NCBI GenBank assembly: GCA_013044195.1
Contig: JABEUV010000011.1
Coordinates: forward strand, 10,577 to 74,576
DNA from: Elusimicrobiota bacterium
GTDB taxonomy: Bacteria; Elusimicrobiota; Elusimicrobia; UBA1565; UBA9628
Length of the DNA stretch: 64,000 nt
Reading direction: 5' to 3'
Below the pieces are notes generated by a model. That model did not search any database, was not told where the DNA came from, and saw only the letters and a program-made list of their open reading frames with translations. Positions 8,838 to 18,374 of the stretch are shown piece by piece. Made by a program: the position numbers and the translations under genes. Each line of letters begins with the position of its first letter. Position 1 is the stretch's first letter.

Positions 8838-10406
8838 TCAAACCTGCGCGGCGGGCAAGTAGCTCTCCACTCGTTTGGAGACCTCAGCCACGGCGTGCTC
8901 CTGGCCCTCACGGACCTCCCAGATCGACACGATCGGGAAGAATCGGGTAAACAGAACGTAGAGCAGCGAGAAGCCGGCGAAACACGCCGCAAGCAGCGAA
9001 ACCTCCACCCAACTCGGCGTGTAATGGCCGCCCAAATAAGGCAGGCGCGGACGCACGAGCGTCGGCACGACGATCAAGAAGCGCTCAAGCCACATGCCGA
9101 CGCAGATAGGGACCGAGGCGATCACGACTCCGGCGACGGTCTTTCGCAGCGGCGAGGCAAGGACGGTAAACGGGATCACGAAGCAGGTCGCGATCATCGT
9201 CCAGAAGTACGGCGCGTAGGCTCCGGTGAGCTTGGACCAGAAGATCACCATGTCGTCGGGCGCGGCGCCGTACCAAGTGGTGATGAACTCACAAAACGTG
9301 AAATACAGCCACAAGCAGCACATGACGAGCAGCAGCGCGCCGAGATTCTGGAAGTGGATCGGCCGCAGATAATCGCCCAGGCCGTACGCCCAGCGCAGGA
9401 TCGCCATCGCGATGATGAGAGCGGCGATGCCGGAGAAGATCGCTCCGACGACGAAATACGGCCCAAAGATCGCCGAGTGCCACATCGGCTGGATCGTCAT
9501 GCTGAAGACGTAGGACACGACGGTATGGACGGAAACGGCGACGGGGATCACGATCAAAGCCATGATCCCGATGCAGGACTCAAGGACATGAACCTGATGC
9601 GGCGTACCGGTCCAGCCCAAGGACAGCAGGTCGTAGAGGCCGCGGCGCCAATCGTGCACGTGATCGCGCAGTATCGCGATGTCGGGGATAAGCGGCAGAT
9701 ACAGGTAGATCATGCTGCCGGTGATGTAGCCCGTGATGCTGCAGACGTCCCACAGCAACGGCGACTCAAGGCGTCCGTTAAAGAAGACGTTGAGCATGCG
9801 GTCCGGGCGCCCGAGGTCGAGGATGATGTTGCCCGCGCCGAACAGAATCACGAGCACCGTGATCACCTCGGCCGAACGCGTAATCGCGCGGCGCCACTCG
9901 GCGCTGGCGATGCGCAGGATGGCGGAAATGAGCGTGCCGGCGTGCGAGATGCCGATGAAGAAGACGAAGTTCGTGATGTAGAAGCCCCAGAACACCGGGG
10001 AGCCCAGGCCCGTTACCTGAAGGCCGTGGTAGAGCTGCCAGCCCCACGCGAAAACACCCCACAGCGACACGGTCAAAAGCGCGCCCGCGGTCATGAGCGT
10101 CCGTGGATGCGGGCGGTTTAAGATCGGCTCGAGCAGGACGCGTTCGCCCGGACGGAGCTCCATCGGCGGCGCGTCGGCGGGGCGGCCCGGCACGGCGATC
10201 GTCAGGAAAAGCTTCCAGAGTATCCCCGCGAAGACCAAGAACAAAGGCGCCTCGACGATTCCGATTGCGACGGCCGGCTGCCACATATCATGAAGGCTGC
10301 GCAGTTGCAGCGCGCGCCAGATGAACCAGAAGCCGACGGAGATCGCGAAAGCGCTGAAGGCGCAGAGAACGGCGAATTGCACATAGAAGGTCCAGCTTCT
10401 TTTCAT
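8838..10406 (-). CDS. NrfD/PsrC-family quinone-interacting membrane subunit (ActC/QrcD-like), module 1
   Basis: 522 aa polytopic. Paralogous to the second-module ActC (shared [21 protein letters not shown] and SPLLWDV blocks). ATGA overlap with the upstream FeS gene. Confidence 0.8.
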   Translation of the reverse strand: MKRSWTFYVQFAVLCAFSAFAISVGFWFIWRALQLRSLHDMWQPAVAIGIVEAPLFLVFAGILWKLFLTIAVPGRPADAPPMELRPGERVLLEPILNRPHPRTLMTAGALLTVSLWGVFAWGWQLYHGLQVTGLGSPVFWGFYITNFVFFIGISHAGTLISAILRIASAEWRRAITRSAEVITVLVILFGAGNIILDLGRPDRMLNVFFNGRLESPLLWDVCSITGYITGSMIYLYLPLIPDIAILRDHVHDWRRGLYDLLSLGWTGTPHQVHVLESCIGIMALIVIPVAVSVHTVVSYVFSMTIQPMWHSAIFGPYFVVGAIFSGIAALIIAMAILRWAYGLGDYLRPIHFQNLGALLLVMCCLWLYFTFCEFITTWYGAAPDDMVIFWSKLTGAYAPYFWTMIATCFVIPFTVLASPLRKTVAGVVIASVPICVGMWLERFLIVVPTLVRPRLPYLGGHYTPSWVEVSLLAACFAGFSLLYVLFTRFFPIVSIWEVREGQEHAVAEVSKRVESYLPAAQV

Positions 10407-11242
10407 GCCCCGCCTCGCAGATAGGTGACTTTGGGATGGGTCCCGAGATCTTCCATCAAATGGAAGGCGCGGTCGTCTTTGGAGAGGCGCGCGACGTCGC
10501 TGTCACGATCATGCAGGTCGCCGAATACGATCGCTTTCGCCGGACACACCTCGGCGCACGCCGTCTGATAGTCGGCTTGCGACAGGGGGCGATGCCCCTC
10601 GGCCGCCGCTTTCTCCTTGGCGCGCTGCAGACGCTGATGGCAGAACAGGCATTTCTCGACGACGCCGCGAGGACGCACGGACACATCGGGATTGAGCCCC
10701 GCTTCCATCTCCACCGGCCACTGCGGCGTCTTCCAGTTGAACTCCTTGCACGTGTAGGGGCAGGCGTTGACGCAGTAGCGGCAGCCGATGCACCGCGCGT
10801 AGACCTGGCCGACGATGCCTTCAGGATTAAGATAGGTCGCGTAGACCGGGCAGACCTTGATGCAGGGCGGGTCATCGCACTGCTGACAGGGCATCGGCGC
10901 AAGGCGCTGCTTGGGCGCAGGATATTCGCCCTCGTTCAACGGCAGGATCTTCAGCCAGCGGATCACGCGGTTCATGGCCGCGTCCTCGGGGTTGCCGAGA
11001 GAGAGGTTGCTCTCGGCCGAGCAGGCGACGACGCAGGAGCCGCAGGCCGTGCATTTGTCGAGGTCGATGACCATGCCCCAGCGGCGCCCCTCAAGCGACG
11101 ACGGCTGCGAACGCCCGACCTCGGCCGCCAGAGCCTTCTTGCCGACGACGAGAGCGGCCAGGGCGGCGACGGGAGCCAGCCCGCGCTTGAAGAACTCCAG
11201 GCGCGAGACCCCTTGCGGCGATTCTTGAGGCTGTTCGCTCAT
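10403..11242 (-). CDS. Periplasmic 4x[4Fe-4S] ferredoxin subunit (ActB2/QrcC/PsrB-like), module 1
   Basis: Four Cys clusters (CTACGSCVVAC, CQQCDDPPCIKVCP, CIGCRYCVNACP, CLFCHQR...CAEVCP). Tat-like N-terminus. Confidence 0.8.
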   Translation of the reverse strand: MSEQPQESPQGVSRLEFFKRGLAPVAALAALVVGKKALAAEVGRSQPSSLEGRRWGMVIDLDKCTACGSCVVACSAESNLSLGNPEDAAMNRVIRWLKILPLNEGEYPAPKQRLAPMPCQQCDDPPCIKVCPVYATYLNPEGIVGQVYARCIGCRYCVNACPYTCKEFNWKTPQWPVEMEAGLNPDVSVRPRGVVEKCLFCHQRLQRAKEKAAAEGHRPLSQADYQTACAEVCPAKAIVFGDLHDRDSDVARLSKDDRAFHLMEDLGTHPKVTYLRGGA

Positions 11243-13122
11243 ACCGGCTCCATGCGCACGCGCGCGCCATCAAAAGACTCGGCAAGCTCCATCGGATTGG
11301 CGCCGACGCCCTTTGCCCAGCGTCCATAGGACGTATGTCCGAGACCGAAAGGCACGCTGACGACTCCGGGCATCGCCGAGGAAAGAACCCGCGCCTTGAC
11401 CTCGATCTTGCCCGCCGGCGACAATATACGAGCCTTCCGCCCGTCCTCGACGCCGCAGGCCTTCGCGGTGTCGGGGTGTATCTCGGCCCAGGTCTCCCAT
11501 TGCTCGCTGGTCTGCACGCCGGCAAGGCTCTGCAAATAGGGAAGATGCGCTCCCTCACCGCGGGAAAACGCCAGCGGCGTAAAGACGCAGAGCTCGAGCG
11601 GAAAGTCCTTGTCCTTGGGCGCAGGTTGCGAGGCGTCCTTGAGCGCCGACGCAAGCGGCGCATAGTCGACGGGCCCGGCCGGTGGCGAGGTCAAACGTTT
11701 GTGCCAGCCAGCGGCCTTTGTCTTGGCGTAATCGCCGTAGTCTCCGCCTCGTCCGAGGGCAAGGAATATCTCCCCCGCGTCCTTCGTGTCGTAGAGCGGC
11801 TTGACGCTCCGCTCCGCGAAGTTGACCGTCGTCCCCCCCGAAAGCAGGGTATTCTCGGACGCATGCAGTTGCTCGAGCGGCGTGCGGCAGGGGAGCACGA
11901 CGTCGGCATATTCCGCCGTCTCCGTCATATACGGTGTGACCGCGACGACGAAGTCGGCCTTCTCGAGCGCGGCCCGCCAGGCGCGCGGCGCCGTGAAAAC
12001 CGGGTTGACCCGGTCGATGAGCACGACGGAGGACAGCTTCGACGAGTCCGGCGCCGGGCGAGCCTCTTGCGGACTGGCCCGGAAATACGCGCCCAAACCG
12101 CCGCACAACGCGTTGAGGGAATGGACCGCCATCTGGCTCCACGCCGGCGCGCAGCGGCTGCCCAAAGCGACGGCCGGCCTCTGCGAGGCGAACTTCTCGG
12201 CAAGGACGCGCAACGACTGCTCGGGCGCTCCCGTCAACTCGGCGGCGCGCTCGAACGTGAACGGCTCGACGGCCCGCGCCAAGGCGTCCAGTCCCCGGCC
12301 CCCGCGTTCGTGTCGGCCGGTCTTCAGCAACTGGCGCGCGACGGCCAGCGCGACATAACCGTCCGTCCCGGGCCGCGCCGGAATCCAGGAGTCTCCTTTG
12401 CCGGCCGTGACCGAAAAACGCGGCGCGACGGACACGATCTGCGCGCGCGGAATCGAGGCGCGCAACCGGCCCCAGAGCCTTTGAGTTTCAACGTGCGATG
12501 ATTGCGTCTGCAGCCAGTCGTCGCCGAACGAGACGACAAGCCGCGCGCCCGCAGGGTCGCACGAAAGCGCCCCGCCGTTCATCGCAAGATGGGCGTCGAG
12601 CGGCGGCTCTCCAGGCGCAAATCCAAAATGCAAAACACGGCCGCCAAGAGCCGTAAGCGACTCCAGCCCGACGTCGCGCAGACGGGAAAACGTCACGGCG
12701 TCGAAGGCCCCGGGGCGCAGCTTGGCGGCGACGAGCTTGAGCGCTTCCTCCCATGGCACGTTCTTCCATGAGCCTTTTGCGCGCGCACCGCTGCGGACCT
12801 GAGCGAAGCGCAGGCGGTCTGGATGATAGAGTTCCTGAAGAAGCGCCGAACCTTTCGGGCACAGCGTGCCCTGGTTGACCTGATGATCAAGGACGCCCGA
12901 CACGCCGACGGCGAGGCCGTCGATCAGGCGCACGCGCACGCCGCAGCCGGCGGGACATAAGGAGCAGACCGAGGCCGAGAATGTCTCGATGCCGAGCGGC
13001 GGCGCGGCCTCCTCCATCGGCGTCAGAAAACTCTTGCGCGCGCAAGCGGGCAACGCGGAACCTGCGCCGAAGATGCCGGCCAATTTCAGGAAATTCTTGC
13101 GTGAGAGGTCGAAGTCGTTCAT
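11239..13122 (-). CDS. Molybdopterin-oxidoreductase-like subunit (ActB1/QrcB-like), module 1
   Basis: Tat-like signal SRKNFLKLAG. N-terminal FeS cage CSLCPAGCG...C. 627 aa, corresponding to the N-terminal two-thirds of the fused 967-aa ActB at 20255-23158. Confidence 0.75.
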   Translation of the reverse strand: MNDFDLSRKNFLKLAGIFGAGSALPACARKSFLTPMEEAAPPLGIETFSASVCSLCPAGCGVRVRLIDGLAVGVSGVLDHQVNQGTLCPKGSALLQELYHPDRLRFAQVRSGARAKGSWKNVPWEEALKLVAAKLRPGAFDAVTFSRLRDVGLESLTALGGRVLHFGFAPGEPPLDAHLAMNGGALSCDPAGARLVVSFGDDWLQTQSSHVETQRLWGRLRASIPRAQIVSVAPRFSVTAGKGDSWIPARPGTDGYVALAVARQLLKTGRHERGGRGLDALARAVEPFTFERAAELTGAPEQSLRVLAEKFASQRPAVALGSRCAPAWSQMAVHSLNALCGGLGAYFRASPQEARPAPDSSKLSSVVLIDRVNPVFTAPRAWRAALEKADFVVAVTPYMTETAEYADVVLPCRTPLEQLHASENTLLSGGTTVNFAERSVKPLYDTKDAGEIFLALGRGGDYGDYAKTKAAGWHKRLTSPPAGPVDYAPLASALKDASQPAPKDKDFPLELCVFTPLAFSRGEGAHLPYLQSLAGVQTSEQWETWAEIHPDTAKACGVEDGRKARILSPAGKIEVKARVLSSAMPGVVSVPFGLGHTSYGRWAKGVGANPMELAESFDGARVRMEPV

Positions 13123-13123
13123 A

Positions 13124-13615
13124 TCAGCGGTGGCAGGCCAGGCAGTCCCTGGTCACCCCTCGGGACTGGTGGCAGGCGATGCACCGGGCCATTTTGATGG
13201 GAACCGCCTGGTAGGCGACCGGCGTCGCCTTTTCGGCCATGTCGCCGTGGCAGACGGCGCAGTCGAGCTGGGCGATCCCGACGTGGCGCTCATGCGAGAA
13301 GTAGACGTGCTTGGGCACGCTGTAGACGCGCTGCCACGGGATCTCGCGCTTCTGGGCCGCGTAATCGCGGATCGCCTGGGTCTTCGGATTGTCCTCGGAG
13401 CTGTGGCAGGTCATGCAGACCTCGGTGCGCGGAAATTGCGCATGAACGCGCCCCTCGGCGATGCCCTCGTGGCAGACTCCGCACTCCAGCCCCGCCCCGA
13501 TATGCTTCTTGTGATTAAAAGCGATCGGCTGCTCCGCCGCCTGAAGCCGGCGCGCCAACCAGAGCGCGCCGACCACGGCGGCCAGAAAGGCGCCCGCGAG
13601 TGCCGCTCGCCTCAT
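13124..13615 (-). CDS. Pentahaem c-type cytochrome, ActA-like, module 1
   Basis: N-terminal membrane anchor plus five CXXCH (CGVCH, CMTCH, CAVCH, CIACH, CLACH). Homologous to the C-terminal domain of 23174-24268 (PIAFNHKKH / VYFSHERH blocks). Confidence 0.8.
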   Translation of the reverse strand: MRRAALAGAFLAAVVGALWLARRLQAAEQPIAFNHKKHIGAGLECGVCHEGIAEGRVHAQFPRTEVCMTCHSSEDNPKTQAIRDYAAQKREIPWQRVYSVPKHVYFSHERHVGIAQLDCAVCHGDMAEKATPVAYQAVPIKMARCIACHQSRGVTRDCLACHR

Positions 13616-13618
13616 GGC

Positions 13619-13975
13619 TTACTTTTTCCCTTTCGGCGCGGCAAGCTTCGCCTGAAGCGAGCGCACATAGGCGAGGATCCCTTTGATCTCGTCATCCTGG
13701 AGCTTGCCCTTGAACGAGGGCATATTCTTGCGGCCCGAATTGATGACCTTGATCAAGTCGGCGTCCGGAGTCTTGACCGCGGCGCCGCCCGCGAGGTTCA
13801 TGATATTGATATCCGCCTTAAACGCATCGGCCATGGATGCTTTTCCGGTCCCACTCTTCGAATGGCAGATCGCGCACTTCTGCGCAAAGAGCTTTGCGCC
13901 GTCCACCTTCGCCGGCGCGGTGGGCGTCTGGGCAGCGACGTTCACGGTCAGCAACAACGTCATCAGTGTGTTCAT
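13619..13975 (-). CDS. Monohaem class-I cytochrome c
   Basis: Signal peptide, a single CAICH, distal Met (NMPSF). 118 aa. Confidence 0.8.
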   Translation of the reverse strand: MNTLMTLLLTVNVAAQTPTAPAKVDGAKLFAQKCAICHSKSGTGKASMADAFKADINIMNLAGGAAVKTPDADLIKVINSGRKNMPSFKGKLQDDEIKGILAYVRSLQAKLAAPKGKK

Positions 13976-14799
13976 TCCTTCCTCCTCTGCTTGAGAGCTA
14001 TTATAGGCTCGCTGCGCGCCGCCCGTATTGCCGGAACGCAGGCGGGGCCATGATAAAAATCATGTCTCTGCGGCGGGAGGTGCCCGACGTAGCGCAGGCG
14101 GGCCTCGTCGAGGACGCGGAGTCGGCGCCCCTCGATGGAGACAAGATTTTTGCGGGCAAGTTCGGAAAGCCCGCGGCTGACGGCCTCCGCGGACGTGCCG
14201 AGCAAATCGGCCAATTCCCGGCGCGATTCGGAGAACCGCACCATCGCTCCGCCGGACGACTCAAGCCGGCTTACAATGAGCCCCGCAAGCCGTTCAAGAA
14301 TCGTGCGCTGCGCCAGATTAAAAGTGGCCCCGTCGGCCTCGGCTAGTTTACGGGCCAGATGCCGGGAGAACATGCGCGAAAGTTCCGGCTCGACGCGCCA
14401 CAGCTCGAAGAAACTTTCCGCGTCGAGGGCGCAGATCAGAGAGTCTTCCATGACCTGCGCCGACGCGGCATAAGGCTGCTCGGCGAGCAGCGCCCTCTCC
14501 CCGAATATGTCGGGACCGCAGAACACTCGCAGGATATGACAGCGCTCCGCGCGATCATCGCGCACGAGCTTAACTCTTCCCTTGCAGAGAAAGTAGACGC
14601 TCGACGGCATGTTCCCTTCGTAGAAGAGAACGTCTCCCCGGCGGTAGCGGTTCGCGCGCCACATCACGGACATTCGTGCGTATGCCGCCTGCGGCAACCC
14701 CCTCGCGCAGGCCCAACCGCTAAAAGCGCACCGTCCGCCCGGGTCTGATCGGGCGCAAATAGCCGGAAGCAGGGCGGATTGACGGGATCGGGAGTCCAT
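13972..14799 (-). CDS. Crp/Fnr-family transcriptional regulator
   Basis: cNMP-binding-like beta-roll (GDVLFYEGNMPSSVYFLCKGRVKL) and C-terminal HTH (RRELADLLGTSAEAVSRGLSELARKNLV). Stop overlaps the start of the downstream cytochrome c gene (ATGA). Confidence 0.8.
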   Translation of the reverse strand: MDSRSRQSALLPAICARSDPGGRCAFSGWACARGLPQAAYARMSVMWRANRYRRGDVLFYEGNMPSSVYFLCKGRVKLVRDDRAERCHILRVFCGPDIFGERALLAEQPYAASAQVMEDSLICALDAESFFELWRVEPELSRMFSRHLARKLAEADGATFNLAQRTILERLAGLIVSRLESSGGAMVRFSESRRELADLLGTSAEAVSRGLSELARKNLVSIEGRRLRVLDEARLRYVGHLPPQRHDFYHGPACVPAIRAARSEPIIALKQRRKE

Positions 14800-14880
14800 C
14801 GCCTATCCGTGTCGAAACGATCCTGCCATCCCGCGTTGAACGAACGCGCGGCAGGATTTAAGCTACGGCGACGCCGCAGC

Positions 14881-16038
14881 CTAAACGCCCGCGAAGGTTC
14901 GGCTTTCCTCGATGAACGGGTCGCGCTCGGGCTCGGCGGGGACCGCGGCGAACGCGCGGTCGAGAAGAAGAACGAACGCCGCGCCTACGGCGACGAAGGC
15001 CGCCGCTTCCGCCAAGCCCAAACGCGGGCCAGGACCCTGCGACGGCTCGATCAGCATGAAGAGGTCGAGCGCATGGCCGGCCAAGAGAAGCAGGGCCGCG
15101 AAGAACAAGACGCCCTCCTTCCTCTTGCGGCTGGCGGGCAGAAGCAATCCGAAAGGAACGACGAAGTTGACGACCGGATTCGTCCAGAACAGGCACGACC
15201 ACGCCGGCGACGAGCGCATCATGTAGTGGACGGCCTCATCGGGGATGTTCGTATACCAGATCAGCAGGTACTGGCAGAACCACAGATACGCCCAGAAGCA
15301 GCTGAAGGCGAACAGATATTTTCCGAGGTCGTGCAGGTGGTTCTCATTGAGTTCGGAAAAGAAGCCGCGCCGGCGCAAGACGATGACCAGCGCTGTCACC
15401 GCCGCCAAACCGCCCTCGAAAGCGCCCGCGAAAACGAACCAGGGATAGAGCGTGCTGGTCCAGCGCGGTTCCAGCGACATCAGCCAGTCCACGGACGCCA
15501 GGCTGAACGTCAGTCCGAAGGCGAGCAGAAACGTCGCCGACGCGGCGACGGGCAGACGCAACGCTTCGCCGTGCGCGCCGTCCTGCGCGCGTGAGGATCC
15601 CACCAGCACGCGCGCGTAGGCAAGCCACACCAGCCAGCAGACGGCCGCGCGCGCGGCAAACCAGCCGACGCTGAAATAAACGGCCTTGCCCGTCCCCAGC
15701 GTCTGCGCGACTCCGGGAACGGCCCACGGGTAAATATCGCGCGCCAGGAACGCCGTCAGCATCGTCAACGCCGCGCCGAGCGGCAGGTAGGACGTCATCG
15801 CCTCCGGCGCGCGCCGGAACAGCGCCGGCCAGCCCGCGGAGGAGACGTTCTGGATCGCGATAAAAAACAGCGCGGTCAGCGCCAGCGAGGAAAAGTAGAA
15901 GTTCGCCAGCAGGAGCCCTGCTCCCGCGCGTGAAACGGAGAACTTCGCGCCGAGAACAAACAACGCGGCACCCGCGAGCAGGGCCACGAAGGCTGCGGAA
16001 GATTCGGACGGGGTCAGCAGACGCCGGTTTTCCTTCAT
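14881..16038 (-). CDS. ACIII membrane subunit ActF-like (NrfD-related)
   Basis: 385 aa polytopic protein, last gene of module 2, overlapping the cytochrome gene by 4 nt. NrfD-like hydrophobic profile. Confidence 0.6.
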   Translation of the reverse strand: MKENRRLLTPSESSAAFVALLAGAALFVLGAKFSVSRAGAGLLLANFYFSSLALTALFFIAIQNVSSAGWPALFRRAPEAMTSYLPLGAALTMLTAFLARDIYPWAVPGVAQTLGTGKAVYFSVGWFAARAAVCWLVWLAYARVLVGSSRAQDGAHGEALRLPVAASATFLLAFGLTFSLASVDWLMSLEPRWTSTLYPWFVFAGAFEGGLAAVTALVIVLRRRGFFSELNENHLHDLGKYLFAFSCFWAYLWFCQYLLIWYTNIPDEAVHYMMRSSPAWSCLFWTNPVVNFVVPFGLLLPASRKRKEGVLFFAALLLLAGHALDLFMLIEPSQGPGPRLGLAEAAAFVAVGAAFVLLLDRAFAAVPAEPERDPFIEESRTFAGV

Positions 16039-18374
16039 TTATGCTTCTCCCAGGATCGCAGGTAGGCGATGATCGATTGGATGTCCGAGGCCGCCAAGCC
16101 CGGCTTGCCGTTCATGCCGTCGCCGAAGGTGGGCATCGCCGTGCCCGGACGGCCCAGGGCGATCGTCGCCTCGAGGAAGTTGTCGTCGACCGCCTTCAAG
16201 AACTCGGGATCGAGGGACGGGGCGTAGACGCCGGGCTTGCCGCCGTGGTTGCCGCGGCCGTCGGCGCCGTGGCAGCGCGCGCAGTTGACGAGGAACAAGG
16301 CCTTGCCGTCCGAGGCGTTGTCCGAGGAGCGGTCAACCTCGCGGTAGGCCGTCGGCGGATGCGTCTCGAAGCTTCTTACATAGGCGACGACGTTGTCGAT
16401 ATCGTCCGAGGACAGCGCCGGCACGGCCGAGCCGTTTTCAAGCCCGTCGTGGAACGAAGGCATCATCGAGCCCTCGCGGCCAAGGATCACGGTTCCCTCA
16501 AGGAATCCGTTGCTGGCGACCTGGAGGAACGCCGTGTTGCCGATGCCCGGGCCAATGCCGCCTTCGCCCTGATCGCCGTGGCAGCGCGCACAGTTGGCCA
16601 CGTACACCTTTTTGCCGTCGGAGGCGGACGCCCACGAGTAGTTGCGCTTGAGGCCGTCGGCCGGAGGATGAGACTGCAGGCGACGCAGGTAGGCGACCAG
16701 GTCGTCGATGTCCTTGGGCGCCAGAGGATCGCGCGCGCGCTTCAAGAATCCCTGCATCTCGGTGCCGGTTTTTCCTCCAGCGATGGTCCGCCACAGGAAA
16801 TCGTCGGACTCCTGAGCGAGCAGGGCCGGGTTGCCGATCTGGGTGCCCATGTCGCCGGCGCCCAGGTCGCCATGACACTTGCGGCAGTTATTCTGATAGA
16901 GGACGGCGCCGTGATCGGCGTTGCCACGGCGCAGGGCCGTCGTCATCTGAACGGCGGGACTCGTGCGCCAGGTGCCGATGAAGGAGATCACATCGGCAAT
17001 CTCCTGCGCGCTGAGCTGGCGCCAGGCCGGCATCGCGGTGCCGGGGCGGCCCTGCGTGATCACGTTATACAGGAAGCGGTCGTCGGCCATCGCCAGGAAC
17101 GAGGGCGCCGACAAGGAGGAGCCGACCAGGCCCTCGCCCTTGGCGCCGTGGCAGGCCGCGCACTTGGCGGAAAACAACTTCGCGCCGTTCGAAGAAGACG
17201 CCTTCGCCGACAGCGCCGCCACCGCATCGTAGGCCGGCGCCGGAGCGTGCCAGGAGCGGATGTAGGCGATCAGGGCGTTGACGTCTCCCTCGGTCAGGTC
17301 GTAGGGCGCGGGCATCGCGGTGCGATGGCGTCCCAAAGAAATCGTGCGCCGCAGGAAGTCGTCGGAGGCCAGCGACAGGAACTGCGGCGAGTTCAGCATG
17401 TTGCCGATGCCGCCCGCGCCCTCGGGACCGTGACAGCCGATGCAGTGAGTCAGGAACAAAGCCTTGCCGCGCGCGGGATCGGCCTTGACGACGGCGTAGG
17501 GCACGATGCGCGGCGTGGGCCACGCCCAGCTACGGATGTAGAGCAGAACGCTCTGGCGCTGAGAGGGCGTCAGCGCGGTCTTCCAGGACGGCATGCCCGC
17601 GATGAGCCGGCCGTTGGCGATAATATCCATGTAGTAGGAATCTTCGGCGATCGAAATGACCGGGGGCAGGTGCAAGGTCGGTACGCCGGCGGTGGGGGTG
17701 AGCCCTTCCTCTCCGTGGCACGACGCGCAGTTCTGAGCGAAGAGTTCTCGTCCGTAGTCCACCGTCGCAGGCTCGTTGCGGCGCGGGTCATTGCCCAGAC
17801 GGACGAGCTCACGGACCTGGAGCGTGCGCAGATAATCGATGACCTTCCAGCGGTCGTCGGCACTCACCAGCGCGCCGTGCGCCGGCATCAGGTTCAGGCC
17901 ATGGCCGAAGGTGATGACGTGGAACAGCGCGCCGTCGGGCATCGCATACACCGACGGCGACGCGACCGGAAACGAAAAGCGCTTGAAGGCTCGCGCCACC
18001 GCGCCGTCGCCGAGCCCGGTATAGCCGTGGCAGTGCTGGCAGTACGACTCGAAGACCTTGCGGCCGCGGGCGAGGTTCTCCGCGGTGGGCGGAAACGGGT
18101 TCTTGAGCTCGCGGCCGGCGCGAGCCATCTCACGCAGGCCGGGACCGTAGTGCAAAGGCTCCTGTCCGCGCGCGACCGCGCCTTCCGGCGCCGGGCGCAT
18201 CGCCCGCCCGTCCGAGAAAAGAGTGCTGGACTCCTGGCTGTGCACCGCCGGCGTGCGGTACAAGTCGGTGAAAATGCGGGGGTTGAAGCGGGTCAGGTCT
18301 TGACGCGTGGCCAGGATCACGACGGAAACCAAGACGGCCAAAATCGCGGCGGGAAGCAGACTGCGGCGGCTCAT
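16035..18374 (-). CDS. Membrane-anchored c-type cytochrome with seven tandem class-I haem c domains (ActE position)
   Basis: 779 aa. Seven CXXCH (CQHCH, CASCH, CIGCH, CAACH, CRKCH, CARCH, CARCH), each followed about 40 aa later by a TAMP/TEMQ/SMMP Met-ligand motif. N-terminal transmembrane anchor. Confidence 0.8.
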   Translation of the reverse strand: MSRRSLLPAAILAVLVSVVILATRQDLTRFNPRIFTDLYRTPAVHSQESSTLFSDGRAMRPAPEGAVARGQEPLHYGPGLREMARAGRELKNPFPPTAENLARGRKVFESYCQHCHGYTGLGDGAVARAFKRFSFPVASPSVYAMPDGALFHVITFGHGLNLMPAHGALVSADDRWKVIDYLRTLQVRELVRLGNDPRRNEPATVDYGRELFAQNCASCHGEEGLTPTAGVPTLHLPPVISIAEDSYYMDIIANGRLIAGMPSWKTALTPSQRQSVLLYIRSWAWPTPRIVPYAVVKADPARGKALFLTHCIGCHGPEGAGGIGNMLNSPQFLSLASDDFLRRTISLGRHRTAMPAPYDLTEGDVNALIAYIRSWHAPAPAYDAVAALSAKASSSNGAKLFSAKCAACHGAKGEGLVGSSLSAPSFLAMADDRFLYNVITQGRPGTAMPAWRQLSAQEIADVISFIGTWRTSPAVQMTTALRRGNADHGAVLYQNNCRKCHGDLGAGDMGTQIGNPALLAQESDDFLWRTIAGGKTGTEMQGFLKRARDPLAPKDIDDLVAYLRRLQSHPPADGLKRNYSWASASDGKKVYVANCARCHGDQGEGGIGPGIGNTAFLQVASNGFLEGTVILGREGSMMPSFHDGLENGSAVPALSSDDIDNVVAYVRSFETHPPTAYREVDRSSDNASDGKALFLVNCARCHGADGRGNHGGKPGVYAPSLDPEFLKAVDDNFLEATIALGRPGTAMPTFGDGMNGKPGLAASDIQSIIAYLRSWEKHK

